Source: a virus
Taxonomy: Duplodnaviria > Caudoviricetes
DNA: 60,847 bases
Virus record (IMG/VR): IMGVR_UViG_3300034137_000025
Span: 1-60,847 of that record
Strand: one strand, 5' to 3'
Shown here: positions 55,984 to 60,847 of the stretch, piece by piece
Position numbering within the stretch: position 1 is the stretch's first letter
How the letters are laid out: the number at the start of each line of letters is the position of its first letter
Made by a program: the position numbers and the translations under genes
Notes under the pieces: model-generated
The model's input: only the letters and a program-made list of their open reading frames with translations
The model's database searches: none
What the model was told of the DNA's origin: nothing

Positions 55984-56409
55984 CTACAGCGGCGTGCCTA
56001 CATCTCGACCAGTTTGTTCACTGGTGCTGGATTCCTCAGCAGCGGTTGTAACCACCTCGTCGTGCTCGGATATTATGTTTTTTAGGCGCAGAGCAAGATG
56101 CCGGGTATCAAAGCTTTCATCCTCCAAATCCAGAAGTATGGCGTCGATACGGCTCCGGCTCATTCGATTGCTTCTCCACTTCCTCATGAACCCTCCGGCA
56201 GCCGCCATTCCCGTAAGCGCCGCCGCCGCCGCTGTAAGAGCAGAAGCAAACACCCTTCCGTCCGCAATCTGTATGAAGACGCCTGCGGCGATGCTGCATA
56301 TGATCGATCCGAAAATCGAAACGTGATGAGCTGTGCTCCAAGCACGTTGCCCGCGTGTATAGCGACGTCGCCAAACTTCACACTGTTCTTTTATTAGGAG
56401 ACGATCCAT
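55984..56409 (-). CDS. SLATT/DUF4231-like 2TM protein
   Basis: GGAGG RBS; two TM helices followed by KWRSNR and a helical tail. Confidence 0.65.
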   Translation of the reverse strand: MDRLLIKEQCEVWRRRYTRGQRAWSTAHHVSIFGSIICSIAAGVFIQIADGRVFASALTAAAAALTGMAAAGGFMRKWRSNRMSRSRIDAILLDLEDESFDTRHLALRLKNIISEHDEVVTTAAEESSTSEQTGRDVGTPL

Positions 56410-56695
56410 AAAGTAACCTCCAAGCAACGTATTCAGGGTAGTACATTTCCAAAAATCAGCCATGCCCCCCCGCGGGCTAGGTTATGTGTTTTACCAGTAG
56501 ATAGAGGTGACCACTCTCTAGCTTCGATGCGGTCGCACCAGTGCCCCCAATAACGCAGAACCATCGCGTCCAACAGTCTCAGCCAGTGGTGGCGGCAAGA
56601 GCGCGATATCGTCGCCAGAGCACTACGATGACCCTCTGCGGGTCGCTCCATACCTGATCAGCTGCTACGGCACGGAGAACATGAGCAGTTGCGGA

Positions 56696-56993
56696 ATGCC
56701 CGCGCCGACGATCACCACAAAGGATCGGCTGGCTCTGGTCACCGTCATTGTCAAGGGCACGCCCTATGTGATCGCCGACATTTGCCTGCGCATGCTCCAA
56801 CCGGCCGAGCTGTACAAGGCCCAAGGCTTCCCCGCCGACTACATCATCGACAAGGGTCGCCGACGGCAAGCCATTCACCAAAACCCAACAGGTTCACATG
56901 TGCGGCAACAGCGTCAGCCCTCCCCCAATGGCTGCGCTTGCCCAGGCCAACGACCCTTGGCGCATCTCAACTCAACAGCGGGAGGCAGCATGA
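56696..56993 (+). pseudogene. C-terminal fragment of a DNA cytosine methyltransferase, frameshifted
   Basis: LRMLQPAELYKAQGFPADY, then a frame change to DGKPFTKTQQVHMCGNSVSP (motifs IX/X); N-terminus absent. Confidence 0.8.
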
Positions 56994-57317
56994 CTCGACT
57001 TTACTTGGCAGGCCCCCATGACCGGCCTGCCCGAATTCAATTACCCGGCCTTCCACGCAGAAGCTGCCCGGCTCCGGGCCCTGGGCTTCGAAGTCGTCAG
57101 CCCCGCCGAGATCAACCCAGAGGGCGGCACCTGGCACGAATGCATGCGCCGCGACGTTGCCATGATGGTTACCTGCGACCAGATCGCAACCCTGCCCGGC
57201 TGGGCCAACTCGCCAGGCGCACAGCTGGAGGTCTACATCGGCCAGCGCCTGGGCATTGATGCGTCACATGCATCCAACTTCACCGATTCGAAGGTGTTCG
57301 AATGCTCAAGCCGCTGA
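56990..57317 (+). pseudogene. DUF4406 (deoxyribosyltransferase-like) gene, frameshifted in a C5 run
   Basis: MTRLYLAGP and MTGLPEFNYPAF are offset by one extra C at 57013-57017. Confidence 0.8.
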
Positions 57318-57487
57318 CAGTCGTCCACGTCCCCAAACACAACCTGATCGTCTTCGAGAGCCTCCCACCGAGCGTAACGCCGGAAGACGCTCTGCTACTC
57401 GGCCGGGCCATTCAACAAGCTGGCATCGATGCGCTTCAAGGCGCCAAGGGCGAGCAGTCGTATCCTCCGTTGGTGGAATCGGCTTAA
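57302..57487 (+). CDS. Small phage hypothetical protein
   Basis: AAGGTG RBS; 61 aa. Confidence 0.45.
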   Translation: MLKPLTVVHVPKHNLIVFESLPPSVTPEDALLLGRAIQQAGIDALQGAKGEQSYPPLVESA

Positions 57488-57568
57488 TCCTCGCCCCAAA
57501 ACATAAATGCCAAACTCGCAATGAATACCGCGGTGAGCAGCGTAATTAGAGCGAATGCTGCAATGAGT

Positions 57569-57817
57569 TCATTCAAGTGGCTTCTCCCACTCCAACGAAG
57601 TTCCAACCTGGCGATGTCGGAACTTGGCGACAAACAATGACTCGTTGATGACGTCTGCCGCAGCACCAGAGATAGGATTCGGTATCTCCTCATCGTATCC
57701 CGCGACAGCAAGCTTCGCCTGGACCGCCAAAGCGTAAGGGTCGAAACCCAACTCGAAGGCAGCGGTGAAGATCGCAACAAGCGTTTGCATGTAAACAGAT
57801 TCGGTCGGGGTGCTCAT
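57569..57817 (-). CDS. Small hypothetical moron protein
   Basis: GGGAGAG RBS; 82 aa. Confidence 0.5.
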   Translation of the reverse strand: MSTPTESVYMQTLVAIFTAAFELGFDPYALAVQAKLAVAGYDEEIPNPISGAAADVINESLFVAKFRHRQVGTSLEWEKPLE

Positions 57818-58131
57818 GATCTCTCCCTGAGTAACCTCTAGGGTCGCAGTCACTCCGTGCGCGCCCTTTGTTGTTTCATTGAAGTCGCTTTTCGCGATCC
57901 ATTCAAATGAATAGCCGATGAACGCAATGAATGCAGACAGTCGGTCTGCCAGACACGATTCGCACTGTCCTTGACGGGCTCAACACGTACGAAAATCGTA
58001 ACGCCAGACCGAAAACGCTAATTCTCCGCGCTCCGTCGCAAATTCGTTTAACAATCTCAAAGTCAGCCGCTGTAGCGGTAAGGACGAAGTCAGGCCTGAG
58101 AAACTGAACAATTCTCCGCATATCACATAGG

Positions 58132-58617
58132 TCAGCGATCAGCGGAAAATTCGCACTCCGAAACAAACGTGACGGCTTTAGCGTCAGCGCCGCCTATAGG
58201 GTTTGATTCATGGAAGGTAAAAAATCCAAAGCCTGACGCTGGGTACAGTGAGAACACTGCAACTCCATCCTCGGTGACTCTAATAGCGGTTATCAAATCG
58301 CTAGACAAGTTCAATATATATGCCTGCTGTGCGCCTGGAGTGGGGACACCCAGGCCCTTCGCGGACTTCGTATTCCCGAAGACATAGGTAAGACGTTTCA
58401 TGTCCGAATCATCCAGTATGAAAGTGGGAAAAACACCTGTATAGGAATCCTCAATCTGATTGATCCGTTTTCCGCTTTTTTCCGCAAGCCAACCGCCGAC
58501 ATCGACTCGCGGACCTTTCGGCTCATCGCAAACTACAGTGAAAAATGGTTTGGCAAGGCTTGGCCCTGCCATCAAAGCCATGACCAAACAGAGTGGCACC
58601 ACATTCGTTCGCTTCAT
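58132..58617 (-). CDS. Secreted hypothetical moron protein
   Basis: Signal peptide ending SLA; Cys near each end of the mature part. Confidence 0.7.
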   Translation of the reverse strand: MKRTNVVPLCLVMALMAGPSLAKPFFTVVCDEPKGPRVDVGGWLAEKSGKRINQIEDSYTGVFPTFILDDSDMKRLTYVFGNTKSAKGLGVPTPGAQQAYILNLSSDLITAIRVTEDGVAVFSLYPASGFGFFTFHESNPIGGADAKAVTFVSECEFSADR

Positions 58618-58760
58618 GACAGCTGCCCGCTATGTGAATGAGCCCCGAGTCTTATAAAGACTAGATCAGTTCTTCGAGTGCGCCCGTGCAGTGCGCGCCA
58701 GCCAGCCTAATCCTTCCCCCTACCTTTAGCCTGCCGGTGATCGGCGGGCGGAGCATCCCT

Positions 58761-59258
58761 ATGTCTGACGCACTGAACCGCTTTCATCTAGCCGCCAACG
58801 ATGTGCTGGTCGCACTCGGCGGAAAATTGTGGCCCGAGGCCAAGATCACACTGGTTGTTTACACCCCAGACAGCCCAGAGCGCGACATCGTCCTGAAGGA
58901 TCGAGCGGTGTCCCCTGACGAAGTTGTCAGCTCGTTGCGGCGCCGTGTCCTGAGCATCGATGGCGACAACGCCTACAAACGCGACCTGTGTAACTCGATT
59001 GTCGGGGCCATATGGATGGGTGCCCAAAATAAGCTATCACCGCCATCCGGACATTGGGGCCAGCGTTTCTGGGACATTGGCAGGGCCGAGGGCGAGCTTC
59101 GAGAAGAGTTGGTAGCTGCGTTGAAATTGACACGCGAGAACCTGCGGGCCTGCCAAGCAACCATTCACCTTTCCGGTGGGTTCGATCCAGCCTATGTGAA
59201 CGACGCCCAGGCTGCGATGAAGGTTGCGGACGTCGCGCTGGCCAAAGCAAACGCCTGA
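58761..59258 (+). CDS. Phage hypothetical protein
   Basis: GGAG RBS; HWGQRFWDIG motif. Confidence 0.7.
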   Translation: MSDALNRFHLAANDVLVALGGKLWPEAKITLVVYTPDSPERDIVLKDRAVSPDEVVSSLRRRVLSIDGDNAYKRDLCNSIVGAIWMGAQNKLSPPSGHWGQRFWDIGRAEGELREELVAALKLTRENLRACQATIHLSGGFDPAYVNDAQAAMKVADVALAKANA

Positions 59259-59312
59259 TCACCACACAACCAAAACCTTCTGCCGCCATAGGGCGGCGCG
59301 GAGCATCACCCT

Positions 59313-59555
59313 ATGAGCAAAGTTACTCTCGACGAGTGGGCCGCCGACCAGTTCCGGACGCCACCAACGCTGAACACCCTCCGCAAATGGGCGCGGGAGG
59401 GAAGGATTGCGCCAGCCCCCGTAAAGCACGGCCGCAGCTACTATGTTGAAGCCGAAGCGCAATACACCGAACCAGAAGCGCCAAATGTCCGCGTCGTGAG
59501 CGGCAGCCTTATCAGTCGAATAGCGAGTGCACGCAATGGTTCCAAGGCCGCGTAA
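59313..59555 (+). CDS. xis: Excisionase
   Basis: TLDEWA...TLRKWAREGRIAPAPVKHGRSYYV; overlaps the int start. Confidence 0.92.
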   Translation: MSKVTLDEWAADQFRTPPTLNTLRKWAREGRIAPAPVKHGRSYYVEAEAQYTEPEAPNVRVVSGSLISRIASARNGSKAA

Positions 59556-60639
59556 CACCGGATCAAAAGATTTGCCACCCAACTTGTACCGAAAGACCGA
59601 TAGCCGGAATGGAGTAATTTATTACACCTACCGCGACCCAGTAAGTGGTCGAGTGTTCGGCCTGGGCAAAGACAAAGATGCTGCGATTCGTGAGGCCGTC
59701 GCCGCCAATCATGCAGAAGTGCTAAAGCCAACACTGACCGCGCGCATTGCGGAACCGGTGTTAGAGAGAGGTAAAACATTCGCAGAATGGTTAGTTGAAT
59801 ATAAAGCCGATTACTTGGAAAAAGACTTGTCCAGTCACACGATGCGAAATTTTAAAAGTCGCATCGTGCGCTTAGAGGCAAGGTTCGGTCATATGCCGAT
59901 CCGTGACATAAGGACAATGGACGTAGCCGCATATCTAACGGGCTTCGCCAAGGAAGGAAAGGCAAATATGTCAAAAGCTCTCAGGTCTATGTTGCGCGAC
60001 ATCTTCGCAGAAGCCATTGCGGCCGGCTTATGCGATATCAATCCTATCGACGCAACCAAAGCGGCGCGGGCGAAAGTTACGCGGGAGCGCCTCAGCCTGG
60101 AGCTGTGGAAGGCGATTTACGATACAACAGATCGCCCATGGCTGAAGCGAGCAATGGAACTTGCGCTGCTAACTGGCCAGCGCCGTGATGACATTCGATC
60201 CATCCTCTTCAAGGATGAGCAGGATGGCTTTCTCCATGTCGTACAGTCAAAGACCGGGGCCAGGCTTCGAATAAGCACCGCGCTTCGCTTGGAGGCTATT
60301 GACCTTGATTTAGCGACAGTCATCAAGCGCTGCAGGGATCGCGTTTTATCTCAGCACATGGTTCACCATTCGCAGTCGATCGCGAAAGTAAAAGGCGGAT
60401 CTGCCCTTACCCGGGAAACCATGACGCGAATATTCGCCAAAACCAGAGATAAAGCCGCTGCTGCCTATGGCATTCAACTGAGCGACCATCCGCCTAGTTT
60501 TCACGAAATGCGATCCCTCTCCGCCCGCGTTCATGCGGCGGAAGGGCGCGATCCTCAAAAGCTGCTGGGCCACAAAAGCGCGGCGATGACTGACGTATAC
60601 CGTGATAGTCGCGGCACCGAGTGGATCGACGTTGCTTAG
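59536..60639 (+). CDS. int: Tyrosine integrase (lambda family) with arm-binding domain
   Basis: LPPNLY, TGQRRDD, FHEMRSL, LLGH and catalytic Y all present. Confidence 0.96.
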   Translation: MVPRPRNTGSKDLPPNLYRKTDSRNGVIYYTYRDPVSGRVFGLGKDKDAAIREAVAANHAEVLKPTLTARIAEPVLERGKTFAEWLVEYKADYLEKDLSSHTMRNFKSRIVRLEARFGHMPIRDIRTMDVAAYLTGFAKEGKANMSKALRSMLRDIFAEAIAAGLCDINPIDATKAARAKVTRERLSLELWKAIYDTTDRPWLKRAMELALLTGQRRDDIRSILFKDEQDGFLHVVQSKTGARLRISTALRLEAIDLDLATVIKRCRDRVLSQHMVHHSQSIAKVKGGSALTRETMTRIFAKTRDKAAAAYGIQLSDHPPSFHEMRSLSARVHAAEGRDPQKLLGHKSAAMTDVYRDSRGTEWIDVA

Positions 60640-60665
60640 TTTGGGAGGGGAGTTTTGTGGATATA

Positions 60666-60714
60666 TTGGGGAGGTTTTGGGGAAAGATTTAAACCCAATA
60701 AAATCAAAGGCTTG
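60666..60714. promoter_or_regulatory. att arm: tandem TTGGGGA arm-type-like repeats and an IHF site (60702-60714)
   Basis: TTGGGGAGGTTTTGGGGAA; AATCAAAGGCTTG matches the IHF consensus. Confidence 0.6.
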
Positions 60715-60720
60715 AAAATG

Positions 60721-60737
60721 GCACATGTCCTTGTGAA
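60721..60737. repeat. att core, right junction: GCACATGTCCTTGTGAA
   Basis: Identical to 111-127; about 80 bp after the integrase stop. Confidence 0.92.
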
Positions 60738-60847
60738 ACACGGCGCGCTGCTGCCGCGCTTCACGCAGCAGCGCCTTGACCCCTGCATAAGTCGTCGGCA
60801 AACCACAGTCCAGATTATCCGACGGGATCGGCGAATCCTGCCCGAAA
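60721..60847 (-). pseudogene. 5' part of the interrupted host gene (sulfotransferase-like, tentative); begins beyond the window
   Basis: Minus strand reads FGQDSPIPSDNLDCGLPTTYAGVKALLREARQQRAVFHKDMC up to the att core. Confidence 0.7.

Larger units (their letters stand above)
111..60737. mobile_element. Complete lambda-like (siphovirus) prophage, ~60.6 kb
   Basis: 17-bp direct repeats at both ends, int/xis at the right end, and immunity, replication, lysis, head and non-contractile tail modules in lambdoid order. Confidence 0.95.

Noticed and set aside
57903-58166. 87-aa minus-strand ORF
   Set aside because: No RBS or motif; overlaps a neighbouring gene
60346-60801. 151-aa minus-strand ORF
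   Set aside because: Not an independent gene; it is the host gene's 5' half reading through the att core into phage DNA

Overview
Almost the whole window (111-60737) is one lambda-like siphovirus prophage of about 60.6 kb. Gene families and GC content suggest a Pseudomonas host (inference). It is bounded by a perfect 17-bp att core, GCACATGTCCTTGTGAA, at 111-127 and 60721-60737, with IHF-consensus and arm-type sites inside both ends. It is inserted in-frame into a minus-strand host gene that resembles a sulfotransferase; joining the flanks at the core restores an open frame. Layout from right to left: int/xis; a decaying early accessory region with antisense morons (52.2-58.6 kb); RecT/YqaJ-type recombination genes; pL with a long structured leader; an immunity region (cI, cro, five 15-bp operators) enclosing small paralogous ORFs and a RosmerTA-like toxin plus HTH-Zn-peptidase pair; cII, O (with iterons), P, ninB/ninG, a Q-position gene, a pseudo-tRNA and a Com-like zinc finger; holin and spanins; terminase, portal, head and tail genes; a moron cluster between tail K and I; a 1927-aa J protein with modular sugar-binding-like domains; a GH108 endolysin; and SOS/XRE genes near the left end. 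Core genes look intact while several accessory genes are truncated or frameshifted. Best leads: the gene-restoring excision switch, a portable LexA-box promoter module in front of unrelated morons, repeat-delimited cassettes in the early region, an unexplained CGCGCCACG-N18/19-CGTGGCGCG dyad at three loci, and several candidate defence genes. All family assignments are from motif recognition by eye; no searches were run.
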